A DNA stretch of 64,000 bases, taken from assembly GCA_964016885.1 (NCBI GenBank), contig OZ024741.1, positions 52,948,001 to 53,012,000 of the forward strand, read 5' to 3'. Both the position numbers and the translations under genes were made by a program. The DNA is from Eledone cirrhosa. Taxonomy: Eukaryota. Shown here piece after piece: positions 41,695 through 56,820 of the stretch (within the stretch, counting starts at the first letter, position 1; the number at the start of each line of letters is the position of its first letter). Under the pieces are notes generated by a model. The model worked only from the letters and a program-made list of their open reading frames with translations. It searched no databases and was not told the origin of the DNA.

Positions 41695-41721
41695 ATGTAA
41701 TTATATATATCTATATATGTA

Positions 41722-41947
41722 AGGAAAAAAGATGAAATCGAAAATGCAACTGGGGTCTTTTTAAGAATAGTTATTTGGTTCCTTTACCGGTTTCACTTTT
41801 CAAAAGAGGAATTGTGATATAGGGTACCACAAACCCTCCATCTCAATTCTACTTTTGAAAAGCATAAGAACTGCGAAACCGGTAGAGGAACCAAATAAAT
41901 ATTCTTAAAAAGACCACGGCTGCATTTTCGATTTCATCTTTTTTCCT
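41722..41947. repeat. Fold-back element, ~100-bp arms, each ending in a hammerhead-like core
   Basis: Arms are reverse complements (AGGAAAAAAGATGAAATCGAAAATGCA.../...TGCATTTTCGATTTCATCTTTTTTCCT). Plus core TTGAAAA-GCA..TGC-GAAACCGGTA-GAGG. Confidence 0.8.
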
Positions 41948-42154
41948 CATACTTTCATTCGTTTATGACATCTCGTTTTTTTTTCATCTTGGAAAAAAAA
42001 AAACCTCATTTTCTAACATATATATATATATATAAATTGGGGCTTTGTTGAATCTACATATGAATTTTGTATATAAATATATGTTTATATAATTAATCTG
42101 ATATAGTCCTGGCTATGTACAATATACCAATATATACATACTTATATATAAAGA

Positions 42155-42221
<67 letters not shown>

Positions 42222-42354
42222 GTACATATACATATATATGTACATCTATATTTTAATACATATTCACGCATATACGCATATATATATATATATATATTTA
42301 TATATACATATACACATATATACATATATAAATGTATATATATATGTTTATAGA

Positions 42355-42424
<70 letters not shown>

Positions 42425-42876
42425 AATATATATATACATATGTGTGTATACCTAAACATTTTAAGTTTTAAAATCCATGGTCTTAGCTCATGCTGGATCA
42501 CCTCCAATTTCCTACACCGGCTTTAACAATTTATTTTTGGCCGGTGATGTATCATGTGATGAATGAACATATAAGTATAAATCACATACATATATATATA
42601 TATATATATATGCCAGTGTGTGTGTGTGTATGCATATACATATATACAGACACACACATGAATTCAGAAACACACTCACATTCACACACACATATATATA
42701 TATAAATAAATAAATATATATATACATACATACGTATATATATATATATATATTATATATATAGTTTCGAATGACATGTTGCGATTGTCTGAATTTCATA
42801 TATTTATGGCAGAGAAAAGTGTCAGTCATCATAGCGGATCAAGGTTAAAACAATTCACTTTTGCTCTTTCCATAGA

Positions 42877-43066
42877 TAATTGTTTCTACTTTTGGAACAA
42901 GGCCAGCAATTATATCAATGTATTACTGGTACTTTATTTTATCGACCCCGTAAGGATGAAAGGCAAAGTTAACCTCGGCGGGATTTGAACTTAGATCATA
43001 AAGGGCCGTAATTCTTTGCTGCAAAGCATGGCGTCAACCCTCTACTGATACTGCCAATCCACCGCT
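42877..43066 (-). mobile_element. SINE family A copy
   Basis: Core, B-box and head present. Confidence 0.88.
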
Positions 43067-43385
43067 TTTTCCATTGATAATATCAGCCGGTTGCATCTTT
43101 AAATTGTAGTAGCAACCATAATTAAACATTCCCTCAAAGAATTGATCCTTGGTCTGTTCCAGTGACTGATCACCTAGCCTTTTGTTTGATGGACCAAAAC
43201 CCCACGTGCCTTATCCACATAGGTGAAACTACACACCCATATGCGCTTGAACACACACAGGCATAAACATATATGCATACATTTATATATATATATCATA
43301 TATATATTTGTATATATATATCTTATATATATTTGTGTATATATTTATATATATATGTGTGTCTGTATGCATGCGGGGGAATATA

Positions 43386-43587
43386 CTGGTTTCTTATATA
43401 TGCACAAAGCCAGAGATTTTAGGAAAGTCGATTAAATCGACCCCACTGTGTGACCAGTACATTATTTTATCGACCCTTCAGGATGAACAACAAAGCTAAC
43501 CCGGCTGGATTTGAACTCAGAACTTAAAAAGCCGTTACTCAATGCCGCAAATCGTGGTGTCCGACGCTCTACCGATATTACCACCTT
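43386..43587 (-). mobile_element. SINE family A copy
   Basis: Tail, core, B-box and head present. Confidence 0.85.
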
Positions 43588-43626
43588 ATATTGGGAAAAC
43601 AATAATAAATATAAGCCAATATACAG

Positions 43627-44267
<641 letters not shown>

Positions 44268-44714
44268 GCAATCGTGCATACATTATATATTTTTTTTGTA
44301 AATTACATTTACGAGAATTAATACATCACATTTTAGGCAAAAATATTTGGTTCATTGATTGTATATTGTATATTTATACATTGGAACACGGTTCCATTGA
44401 ATCAGTAAGATCACCAACATCTTATAAACGGTCATCAGTTTCATTAATTTTATTATTATTATTATCATCATCATCATTATCCTTTTCTTCCTCGTCATCG
44501 TCATCATCATTAACTTCTTCATCTGTATCATTGACCAATACATTTATTAAAAAAACAAATCATTTTATAATGTTTAGTTACATTTTCACGAAGGGATAAC
44601 GACCCTCTTTTCATTCAGTTTTGCTGATATTGTTTTGATAATTCTTCTTTGTTTTTCCTTTTTCTGCAGTTTTGTTTCAATTTCTTGTCCAGTCTCTTCC
44701 CGACACCTAGGGTA

Positions 44715-44759
<45 letters not shown>

Positions 44760-45062
44760 GTCATTGTTTATATTATTCTGTTTTCACACGACCAATCGTA
44801 ATTAAGTTTCTTTGGTACAACCCCACGTTTGGTCTATATCTATCTACAATATCTCCATTCCTTTGAGATATATATTCTTTTGGGACTAATACCTTGATTA
44901 GAACTTCACTGACAATATCTGGCATATAGTCCTTGATCTCAATGAATTCATGTATTGGCACATCCCAGAGGTTAATTATCTTGTCTGCGACATTTACCAT
45001 TATATGTCTATACCACATATTACCTGTTATATCATAATAATAATGATAATAATAATAACAAC

Positions 45063-45098
<36 letters not shown>

Positions 45099-45665
45099 TA
45101 TAATAATAATAATAATAATAATAATAATCGAAATAATAATAATAATATTAATGCCAATGATATTAATGACAATAATATTAAGATTAATAATATTAATATT
45201 AACATAAAAAGTTAATGAAACAATCAGATCAGTATCACCATCACCACCACCACCACCATCACCTCTACCACCACCACCACAACAGCCCCCTGAAGCACCA
45301 CCAACACCTCCACCACAACCACCACCACCACTGTCAAAATCTACTGTTAAAATCATGAAACTATTAATATTATCATCAAAAATTTCAAAAACGACATCAT
45401 CATCACCAGGGATATCATCAACATCAACAACATCATACTTTACACCTCTGTCTAGTTGTTCTTTAGATTGTATCTCAGTGTTTTCATTACTTCTTTTTGT
45501 TATGTGTATGTGTGTGTAGGTGTGTGTATGTGTATATAAACCTGTAGAGATAGATTGGTACGTATATATACAGGCCACAGTCTGTGCATTTTATAACTAT
45601 TTTATTCATATACATATATATACATATACATACACACACACGCACACACACATACACAGACACAG

Positions 45666-46410
<745 letters not shown>

Positions 46411-46544
46411 TATATATATATATATATATTGTTTACAAACAGCTTGCGAATTTCAAAATTGGGTAGTAACATGTTCTTAAGCACGTGTTGCTACCTAATT
46501 ATCAAATTCGCTACTCATTTATAAACAAAGCCTACTTTTTGTCA

Positions 46545-46672
<128 letters not shown>

Positions 46673-47028
46673 ATACTTTGGGAGGGTCATGTTGCCAATT
46701 ATGTATATATATATATTTATTTATTTATTTATATATACCTGGTATGGTTATATAACTTCTAATTGATGGAAGGAAACATGGGTGGCGCGTTGGTGTAATG
46801 GTAACACATTGTAGGTTCGTGTTCCACGTACGCCAATACTCATCCTTTTTTCCATTCAGGGGGAATTTTAAAATCCCAACTACCAGACTAATTCTATTTA
46901 ATCAAATACGGCGTAAGCACTTGTTACTAGCTAATATATATATATATATATACGAGTGTGTGTTTATCCCGGGTTCAATTGGGGGTAACCACAGTAAGTA
47001 CGGTACTCAATACATAGCAGAGTATAAA

Positions 47029-47166
47029 TGTTAAATATAAGAATGGCTTCTAAAAAACTATAATTGTTTCATTTGGAAGAAATTATCAGGAAAGCCCTGG
47101 ACTTCCTAATAAGTTCCTTCGAATGAAACCGTTCTAGTCCTGTAGATGCCATTTCTATATTAAACA
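47029..47166. repeat. Fold-back of the same PLE pseudo-LTR, hammerhead relic on each strand
   Basis: Minus CCTGATAA-TTTC-TTCC-AAAT-GAAAC; plus CCTAATAA-GTTC-CTTC-GAAT-GAAAC. The arms are imperfect reverse complements. Confidence 0.7.
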
Positions 47167-47169
47167 CTG

Positions 47170-47226
<57 letters not shown>

Positions 47227-47410
47227 AATGGTGTTTCAGCATAATCGAAGCTATGGCTGCAACTAAGATAACGAATGCAATCAGGATGTGCAGCTAAGCA
47301 CTCAAAAAGGTATTTTACCTGAGAGCTATAACATTACATTTAGACAGCCTTGCAAATTGAAGATTGCGACCGGTAAGCAAAGAGAAAACCGACTGAGGAT
47401 AATTTGACAA

Positions 47411-47450
<40 letters not shown>

Positions 47451-47470
47451 ATATAGATGAGGTTCTAGAG

Positions 47471-47540
47471 GACTACAACTGTTTCGTTCTTTAGAAATCA
47501 TCAGGAATCTATATATCTATATATAGATTCCTGATGATTT
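47471..47540. other. Hammerhead core (minus) within a perfect 21-22-bp inverted repeat
   Basis: Minus CTGATGA-TTTC-TAAA-GAAC-GAAAC-AGTT-GTA. Arms AAATCATCAGGAATCTATATA / TATATAGATTCCTGATGATTT. Confidence 0.7.
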
Positions 47541-48161
47541 ATATATATACATATAGATATAGAGATATACAGTATCTGCGTTGCATGTGTGTGTTTGAGT
47601 ATATGTGTGTGTGTATGTGAGTGAGTGTGTTTGTGAGTGTGTGTGTGTGTGTGTGTGTGTCTGTGTGTGTGTGTGTGTGTGCGTTCGTGTGTGTATGTGT
47701 GTGTGTTTGGGTAGGGTGGGGGTGTATTAAACAACCATTTAAAAATTTAGAGATTCCAACGACAGCTACTAAGATGTGGCAATATATTTACAAAGTAATT
47801 TTGTTTCACTAGATGTGTGTATCAGAAGGTTTAAAATCCTTTTTTCTAGTGAAACAAATTTACTTTATGAGATTATAGCCCAACTTTATTGCATACACCA
47901 TGCACACGCATGCTCGCGTTAACCTAATATATTCTTTCCATATACAGTACCGATTGTGTTATCATATCTGTTTACCTTTTACATACATATGTATCCAACC
48001 CGCTCGTCTCTTCAATCTTTCTTATTTCTCATTCTTTGTTCTTATGAAGGATTAGCGTCTGAAACGTTAAGACCCTCTTCCTGGTATTTCCAGCGTTAAC
48101 CTAACATATATTGTACCGATTGTGTGGTTATTTCTGTTGAACTTTTACACACACGCGCGCG

Positions 48162-48266
<105 letters not shown>

Positions 48267-48280
48267 TCACACACACACGC

Positions 48281-48344
<64 letters not shown>

Positions 48345-48596
48345 TATAATATATATATACATACATACAATATAGATATGTATATATATACATTTATATA
48401 TTTATATATATGTATGTATGTGTGTGTGGCGTGTGTGTGTGTGTGAGAGTATGTGTGTATGTGTGGTTTCCGCTATGTTTTCGTGTGAAATGGGAAGGCT
48501 CCAAAGTTAATGGTAATATATTCGATACATGAACTATAGTAAGTAAACGTGGTTTAACATGAGTAGACGAACTCAATGAAACTGAAAAAAAGAGAC

Positions 48597-48627
<31 letters not shown>

Positions 48628-48804
48628 CACACACACATATATATGCCCCTGTTTTATCAAGTGCTTAATACCGAAATGGAGTTTAACTACTCTTTATTAT
48701 GGGAAAGTTCTGTCTGTTGCCACTCTGGAGCTTCACCTGTGCTAATAAAGGATCATCATTGAGTGACCAGGTGAAACTCCAGAGCATCAAGCCTAAAAAC
48801 GTAC

Positions 48805-48830
<26 letters not shown>

Positions 48831-48835
<5 letters not shown>

Positions 48836-49165
48836 TAATAAAAGGAATTCCAGCTTTGTCTGATTTACTCGTTTTATTTACAATCCTTTAAAATTGTAAT
48901 GATATTATAATGAAATAGTATGGTATTAAATGTTAAATGTTAATCGAACAAGTACTTTCATGCTTTCGGAATCTTCAGGTTCATATTAAGTGGTGACAGT
49001 CAAGTTTGCAATTTTCTGAAGATTGCGAAAGCATGAATGTACTTGTTCAATTAACACTTAACATTTAATATTCTACCATAATATTTCATTCTAATATTAT
49101 AATTTTAAAGGATTGTAAATAAAACGAGTAAATCAGGCAAAGTTGCAATTCCTTTTATTAATATA
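48831..49165. repeat. Fold-back element with ~150-bp imperfect arms, inner ends CTGAAGA-N4-GAAAGCATG
   Basis: Left arm 48831-48978 and right arm 49016-49165 are reverse complements. Confidence 0.85.
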
Positions 49166-49192
49166 ATCTTCTATACACAATCATACACACCC

Positions 49193-49234
<42 letters not shown>

Positions 49235-49489
49235 CTTTGATAGGTTTCGGCCAGTATTGGCCCAGGCCATGTCTAACTTAATAGCACCACCTGGCGAAGT
49301 CTTACAAATCAGTGTTTGGGCACCATGGCACACTCGAGCAGAGAGTTATTGTTTACGGAGGCATATCTGGGTGTAGGAGGCTTATCCGGGTTTCTTGAAG
49401 GAATTTATCCAAAGACTTCTTGAACTTGATGGGGTCTGTCTCTGCTTTGATGTGTTTTGGTGTAATGTTAAAGAGTGCAGGGCCAATTG

Positions 49490-49492
<3 letters not shown>
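49235..49492 (-). mobile_element. CR1/L2-like LINE 3' end
   Basis: [32 protein letters not shown] resembles the CR1/L2-group ORF2 C-terminus; followed by a short 3' tail. Confidence 0.6.
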
Positions 49493-49578
<86 letters not shown>

Positions 49579-49583
49579 CATAC

Positions 49584-49633
<50 letters not shown>

Positions 49634-49716
49634 GTATGTATATGTATGTAAATGTGTGTGTGTGTGTGTGTCTGTGTGTGTGTGTGTATGTGTGTGTCTG
49701 TGACTACATTTCATTT

Positions 49717-49752
<36 letters not shown>

Positions 49753-49953
49753 AATGGAAAAGAATGAAACGAAATTTCATTTCTCACTCTTAGTACGGCT
49801 GATACTTAAATGTATGTATACGTACATACATATATGTATACCGACGTACAGTAGTATGTATATATATACATACATGCACATATATATATATATATATATA
49901 TGTACGTATGGGTTTACCGAACATTTATTATAATGTTCGGTTTGTTTGTATAT

Positions 49954-50008
<55 letters not shown>

Positions 50009-50057
50009 CATACACACACACACACACACATATATCTATATACATATGTATGTATGT

Positions 50058-50134
<77 letters not shown>

Positions 50135-50519
50135 TGTGACTACATTTCATTTTGTATTCGTTCTGAAATATTTTTGTTGTTAAATGGTGAGTTGACACGG
50201 ACATTGTTTTATTTTGGGATGGTCATGCTCTCATGACCATCTAAATACATGCGAACTGGTAGAGTTTACCTCAGTTTTTATTATTAATAATAATCAGGTA
50301 ACTAATCAATCAGCCCATTACAAAATTGTCCATTGCTTTTCATCTCATTGTTTGTAACCTTGTCCATGATATTTAGTTATCTGCATCTCCGTTCCGACTC
50401 GACTTAACCTATAAGTTAGGACAAAGACTGAATGGAAAATATAAAGTTGTTGACAAGGCCATGCAATGTGTGATGAAAGAGCCTTGAAATTATGTAAGTA
50501 GAGAAGCAATAAGATTAGT

Positions 50520-50697
50520 GAAGGTGCATGGTTTAAAATCGTGAGCCTGTGAGTTCAATTTCCAGGCCGGGCGGCACGTCGTGTCCTTGGGGAAACACTT
50601 TATTTCATGTCGCTCCACTTCAATCAGTTGGAGAAATGAGTTGTGATGTCATTGGGACTAAGCTGTATCGGCCTTTCCCTTTACCTTGGACAACATT
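50520..50697 (+). mobile_element. Second tRNA-derived SINE family (B)
   Basis: GAAGGTGCATGG head, B-box GAGTTCAATTTCC, GTGTCCTTGGGGAAACACTTTA block. Confidence 0.7.
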
Positions 50698-52203
50698 ATA
50701 TATATTGTAGTGTATATATTGAGTATATATTATGTATATATGAATTGAGACGCCACTGATGCCAAACTCCATTGGCCTTTCACTTGGACAATATGGGTGA
50801 CATGGAGAGAGATTTGAACTCGGGACGTAAAGTGTCAGAACAAACATTATTCGACGCTCTAACGATTGGGCCAATCACCGGCTACCTGATTAATCATCAA
50901 ATAAAAACCTGAAGTGAAAGTCAACCGGAACACGTGTCTTTACTTATACCCCTATTAATAACTATATATATATATATATATTATATATATATATATATAT
51001 TATATATATATATATATATATATGTTGCATGTAAAGAGAGTTCTTGTTGATGAATCGTATACTGATGATGATACCGGAACATGTTCTCCTTTCATAGAAA
51101 AGAAGTTTTAAAATGTTTTCTTCATTTCCCAATTAAATATTGTTTTATTTATTTATTTATTTGTTTTTTTTTTCGCCTTTATATAATTACCTCACTCCCT
51201 CTATGCTACCTCATCACTGTCGTCATCACCACCACCATCATAATAATCACCATATTTATCGTCGTCATTGTCTTCTTTCTCTCTCATCATCATTATTATC
51301 TTCATCACTACTTTAGACACTGTATTGATCACCCATCGTCGTCCAACTTCTCTAAACCTTACATTATCCTTTTCTTTCCTTTCCCGACATGTATGACGAA
51401 ATCATTATTTTAATTATTATCATCAGAATTATTAATATCATTATCCTCATCATTATTATAACAATTATTATTGTTATTACAACAATTATGGTTATTATCA
51501 TTGTCATTATCAATAACATTAAAATCACCACCACCAATATCGCCATCACAATCAGCATCCCCACCATTATCATAACCATCATCGTTAAAGTACCTCTAAT
51601 GTCATCATTAGTCATCCTCTCAGCATCACTACATGGAGCAGCTTTCAATGTTTTGTCTCTCCATCAATTTTATTGTCTTTCCGTAAATATATCATTTTTT
51701 AAAATTTTTTGGTTAAAATATTTTCTTTTTTAATTGTTTCTTTTATTCATTTCTCTTTTTTTTCTGTATTGTATTGTTTTTTGCTTTAAATATTTCTCTC
51801 TTTTTTTTATATTTTATTTTTTATTTTTTTTTACTAATCTCTTTTTTCCCTCTTCCTCTCTCCCCTCTTTCTATCTCTTTTTCCCGCTGAACAAACACAA
51901 CATATTATTAAAATATTGAATTAATCACAAATGCCACCACCACCATCATCCTCAACGCCAGTACCATCAAACATCATCACAATTCTCCTCATCCTCTTAC
52001 TCCTCCTCCTCCTCCTCATCATCATCATCATCATCACTAGTATCATCTCCATCATCATCATCTCCATAGTTATCATTCTCATGTTCAACCAGAATTATCA
52101 TCGCCATCATGATTCAATAACCTCGTTCACCTCACTGGTTTAAGCACTGAAAGAAATAAAGACAGACAGAAAAGAAGAAAATGGAGACGAAATAAATGGA
52201 TCC

Positions 52204-53610
52204 TCAGTAGAAATTCTTCCTCGGCTTATTACGTCGATATTTTCCGAATAGAATTTTTTGAAATGCATTCCGGAAGTCGGGGCTGAAAATGGTATAAATA
52301 ACAGGATTTAGTAGGCTGTTCATATATCCCAGCCACAACACGATACTCATCACCACCTCTGGCACTACCATCGCATCCAAAAAAAAGGGGCGAACCAAGG
52401 CAATTATGAAGAAAGGAAGCCAGCACACAATGAACGCCCCTGTAACGATGGCCAAAGTCCTCGCTGCTTTTCGCTCCCGCTTGATTTCTAACTTCTCCTT
52501 GTTTTTCAATTTCTCTCTCCTAATGGCTTCTGCTTGGTCGACGACCGGAAGCATCACTGTATGAGCTTCGTCCACGTGACCATTTTTCACTTTAATCGTC
52601 GACAAATTGCCGTCTCCTTCGACTAACGGCATTTGCAGTTGTTGTTGTTGTTCGTGTAGATGGTTGTTTTGTTGTTGCTGTTGGACGTCTTTTTCGGGGC
52701 TTGATTCCTGACTAGAATGTTTTTTGGCGTCTTTCAGCTTCGATAACAGACTCACCGTTGTGTGATCTTTGCAATCTGTCTTCAGCTTTTTCTTTTTGGC
52801 AAACTTTTCCTTTCGAATTCTCGATCGTGCCACCATGAATATGCGTAAATAAATGAACATCATAATCAACATGGGCAAATAAAAGGCACCGACTGTTGAG
52901 AAAACAGTGTAACCTAGATCTTGGCTGATTATACATCGTTCTGGAATATCAGGTTCATCTTGCATCTCCTTCCAGCCAAACAGCGGTGGAATCGATATAA
53001 ACATAGCAACCGTCCAGACGAGGACGATCATGGTAATAATCCGTTTTTGTGTCCGATTTCGTATATATTCTATATTGGTCACGGCCCAGTAACGATCCAC
53101 TGCTATCGCTACCAAGTGAAGGATCGAAGCCGTACAACAGAGCACATCAAAGGAGGTCCACATATCACATACCTCTTTCTGCAGAAACCATATCTTGCTG
53201 ATTTCACTAACGGCACTGAGCGGCATAACAAGCGACGCAACCATCAGGTCAGCTACGGCCAAAGATATGATCAAATAATTACCGACGTTATGTAGATTTT
53301 TCTCTAGTAATACTGCAGCTATCACAAAGACATTGCCGATAATTGTCGCTAAAATGAGAAGTCCCAATATAATGGATGTCGATATAGCGTGTTCAACACT
53401 GTAAAACTCAGGTCGAAGTGACGGCACAGAATTGGTTGAAATCGATAGACTGTCGAATTCGTCGGGTGCGAATGGCAAGTGAGAAAGATTGGGGTACAGG
53501 AATGACGTGTTGTCCAAGAAATAGTATATGGTGGAATTTTCAGTATGGTAACCATATGTGGTATTGTGAACGACCATTTTGTGGTCTTCTTGGCTTATTT
53601 CAACGGACAT
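52204..53610 (-). CDS. 5-HT1: 5-hydroxytryptamine (serotonin) receptor, 5-HT1 type, class A GPCR; CDS in a single exon
   Basis: 468-aa ORF with 7 TM segments: GN (TM1), LAVADL (TM2), WTSFDVLCCTASILHL with D3.32, DRYW, STVGAF (TM5), KRERKAARTL, CWLPFF, NSLLNPVIY. Long ICL3, short C-tail and N-terminal N-glycosylation sequons are typical of Gi-coupled 5-HT1 receptors. Confidence 0.95.
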   Translation of the reverse strand: MSVEISQEDHKMVVHNTTYGYHTENSTIYYFLDNTSFLYPNLSHLPFAPDEFDSLSISTNSVPSLRPEFYSVEHAISTSIILGLLILATIIGNVFVIAAVLLEKNLHNVGNYLIISLAVADLMVASLVMPLSAVSEISKIWFLQKEVCDMWTSFDVLCCTASILHLVAIAVDRYWAVTNIEYIRNRTQKRIITMIVLVWTVAMFISIPPLFGWKEMQDEPDIPERCIISQDLGYTVFSTVGAFYLPMLIMMFIYLRIFMVARSRIRKEKFAKKKKLKTDCKDHTTVSLLSKLKDAKKHSSQESSPEKDVQQQQQNNHLHEQQQQLQMPLVEGDGNLSTIKVKNGHVDEAHTVMLPVVDQAEAIRREKLKNKEKLEIKRERKAARTLAIVTGAFIVCWLPFFIIALVRPFFLDAMVVPEVVMSIVLWLGYMNSLLNPVIYTIFSPDFRNAFQKILFGKYRRNKPRKNFY

Positions 53611-53627
53611 TTTAGAGCTTCACAATG

Positions 53628-53642
53628 CTGAAAAGAAATCAC
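53628..53642 (-). promoter_or_regulatory. Splice acceptor of a 5'-UTR intron
   Basis: Minus TTTCTTTTCAG|CATTGTGAAGCTCTAAAATG: pyrimidine tract plus CAG 17 nt before the ATG, with microsatellite DNA immediately upstream. Confidence 0.65.
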
Positions 53643-53647
53643 GGATC

Positions 53648-53679
<32 letters not shown>

Positions 53680-53986
53680 GCGTGTGCGTGTATGTGTGTG
53701 TGTGTGTGTCTGTGTATGTGTGTGTGTGTGCGTGTGCGTGTGTGTGTGTGTCTGTGTGAGTGCGTGTGTATGTGGGTGTATGAATATACCTGCCACACTA
53801 AAGAATAAATAAATATGTTTCAAAATATTACTATATATAGATAAGGCAGGAAGACGGAAGAAAAAGAGTGAAAACGAATAATGAATTCGCAAATATAAGT
53901 AAACTAGAAAATGTGTTTGTATGTGTGTGTCAGTTTGTCACAATATATGAAAATATACAAATGTTAATATGTCTTTTTATGGGCAC

Positions 53987-54064
<78 letters not shown>

Positions 54065-54074
54065 CATATATATG

Positions 54075-54105
<31 letters not shown>

Positions 54106-54165
54106 GTATATATATATATATGTGTATATATATATATGTGTATATATATATATGTATATATATGA

Positions 54166-54212
<47 letters not shown>

Positions 54213-55748
54213 TGTGTATGTGTGTGTGTGACAGCGTTTACATCTCAGTATGTAATTTTATGTCTCGTTATGTTCATAATGACGTATTTGTGTGGTGACA
54301 GTGAAGTCAAAATATATGAAGAGGAATTTATTCTGACGTTGAATCATGTGACACGTCCAAACTGCATCAAATTCAAATTCATCTTGCTTGCACTTGCGTA
54401 TTCGTACAATACGTGAGTATCCTAAAGACGCCTAATTAGACGAAATGCGAAAGGGAAAAGAAAATAAGAAAAAAAATTTGAAATGGCAATAAAAAGTGAA
54501 TAATACTAATAATAGTATGAACGGATGAGAAAAAAGAGATTATTTATCCCTTTTCCTTTCTTTTAAACCTACACCAATATTCATTTTTTTCTTTCCACAT
54601 TTCGTTTCCTTTAACGCTTCTTTATCTCTCTCACTCGTTCCTTTTATATATACGTACATATATATATATGTGTGTGTATGTGTGTGTATTTGTTTGTGTA
54701 TATATATGTATATATATATTCGTAAATTTTTTTTAATTTCCTTTTCGTTTCTATATATTTCTCTCCCTCTATCTCTTCATCTCTCTCTCTCTCTTTTGCT
54801 CTTTGATTTTGATTCAATATGATTTGATTTGTTTAGAGTATTTTAAAATTACGATATTTACACCGATTAAATTCGTGAAAAATAATAATATATTAAAATA
54901 AAATTTGTAACCAAAAATCAATAAAGAAAATATTCAAATTTGTCTTTTTTAATCTATTTACCCCCTTTTTCTCTCTCGTTTCTGTGTTTTTATGTTTTCG
55001 TTTTTCGTTTTAGCTATTTTTCAATGAATGAGAGGGGAATCGTGGATTGCATTTTGAAATATACACAAACAATAAAATATGAAGAAGATAACTTTCTTGT
55101 TTTCTCTTTTGTCTTTAAGTTCTTGTGGTTTTCTTAGTTATTTTATGTATTATCTTATTGATTTTTCTTTTCTTATTTAAAAAAAATTATATTTTTAAAT
55201 TTCTATTTTTTCCGACTTTTTTTCTTTTATAATTTGAACATCTGAATTCTTGTTTCACCGTTTCATTGATACAGGGTCTAACTTTAATCTAGTGGCTTTC
55301 ATTTCGTCGTTGATATCCGTCAGAGAAGCACACACAAAAGAATAAAAGAATGCTTATATAAAATGGCCTCTTTTCTTTTCATTGGTATTTTTGTAACTTG
55401 TCTGCAGTACGTAACATAGGAGACAGATGTAGTTGGTAATTAGCAGATGATGCCATGAGCGGATTATTTGCTTTCTCGGTTAAGAATTTATGAAGGTTCG
55501 TATCCAAACAGAACGAAAATTATTTCCAGATCTTCTTCTCTCGGCGCCTTCCAATTTTGAAGTAGAAACAGCCACTGGAAAAATAAAAGAAATAATAGGA
55601 ATACATATTATAATAGGCGGTAATTAAATAATATATAGTGAAATAGACAGAATAGAGAAATCGAGTTTAGTAGACAAAAACGATATAGAATATATATATA
55701 TATATATAGTGAAAGATTGAAGAATAACATGGTTGGCTGTACAAACTT

Positions 55749-55866
<118 letters not shown>

Positions 55867-56649
55867 ATAGAAATGGCTGTGTAGTTGCTACGCTTTAAAG
55901 ACCAGATACCACTTCACCCCAGAAAAACAGTAACAAAACAGCGAAAAAACCCCACAAACCGAGCAATGTGCGAGCAACTATAGGTAGGAAATCCAAGAAC
56001 ACTCGGTAATAGAACTTAAGTTCGAGACCGAGTAATCGAGAGAAAAGACACACGTCCGATTGCCGCAGTTGTAAGTGAGAAGAGAACTGCTAAACAGTCA
56101 GACGAGAGGGTGAAAGTGAGTAGGAGAAAGGGAGAGGAAGAAAGTGGAGTAAGAGTAGATAGGGAGAAAGGGAGGAGAAGAAAGAGGGTGAGAGTAGAAA
56201 GAGAGTGAGAGTACAGGACCCAGGAAAAGATTTTATACTGACCCGGACATAGCGGTGAGGCTGAGTGCAAAATATATAACTTACATCGTATATCAACAAT
56301 ATAGATCACATATAGCATCCAACATCAGCGCTAGGTTTCTGCAAATCCAAGATCGACAAATTCTTATTGCAGGAGTCTGCAATATAATGTTTTTTTACGA
56401 CAGAACATAGGATTTACTTCTTCAGCAAGTCTTTCGTTCTTAGCCTGAACGGGTATGTTGTAGCTTTAAATGTCGCCACAGACATTATATATATATATAT
56501 GGAATTCAATATAAGCGAAAACATATAATTTTGACACCTCTGTACATAGACTGATTCGACTCATTTTCAATTAAAGCTATCGGCTGGCTCGGCCAGTAAA
56601 TGGAATTAAGGTGTTAGCTCTAACAAAGCTGTGTACATATAAGTATGCG

Positions 56650-56820
56650 TGGTTTTTATATCTAGCGATATACGATGTATTTTTGCCTATATTGAATTCC
56701 AGCGGGGAGAAGGGTAAGGGAGCACTGATTTCATAACCACCAGAGTCTGAAATGACGTCGTCATCAGTTACCCACTATTTGCGTTTGCTGGAATCCGCTA
56801 GATGGCGCTGCGTCATCAGT
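56650..56820 (-). promoter_or_regulatory. Candidate promoter/insulator island of the 5-HT1 gene (CTCF site, CRE-like sites, TATA)
   Basis: CCGCTAGATGGCGCTG at 56795-56810, TGACGTC at 56753-56759, TGCGTCA at 56809-56815, minus TATAAAAA at 56653-56660; CpG-richer, TE-free context. Confidence 0.5.

Noticed and set aside
49282-49296. CTCF-like CGCCAGGTGGTGCTA (minus)
   Set aside because: Lies inside a LINE 3' tail with no supporting context.
51660-51830. Poly(A) signals for the receptor (minus AATAAA)
   Set aside because: Several occur by chance in very A-rich DNA; cannot choose one without transcripts.
52229-53615. Overlapping alternative-frame and antisense ORFs in the receptor
   Set aside because: Shadows of the real CDS with no recognisable motifs.
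56712-56773. Possible hammerhead on minus (GGGTAA-CTGATGA...GAAA...TTACCC)
   Set aside because: Stems II and III do not close properly; better explained by CRE-like motifs plus a small inverted repeat.
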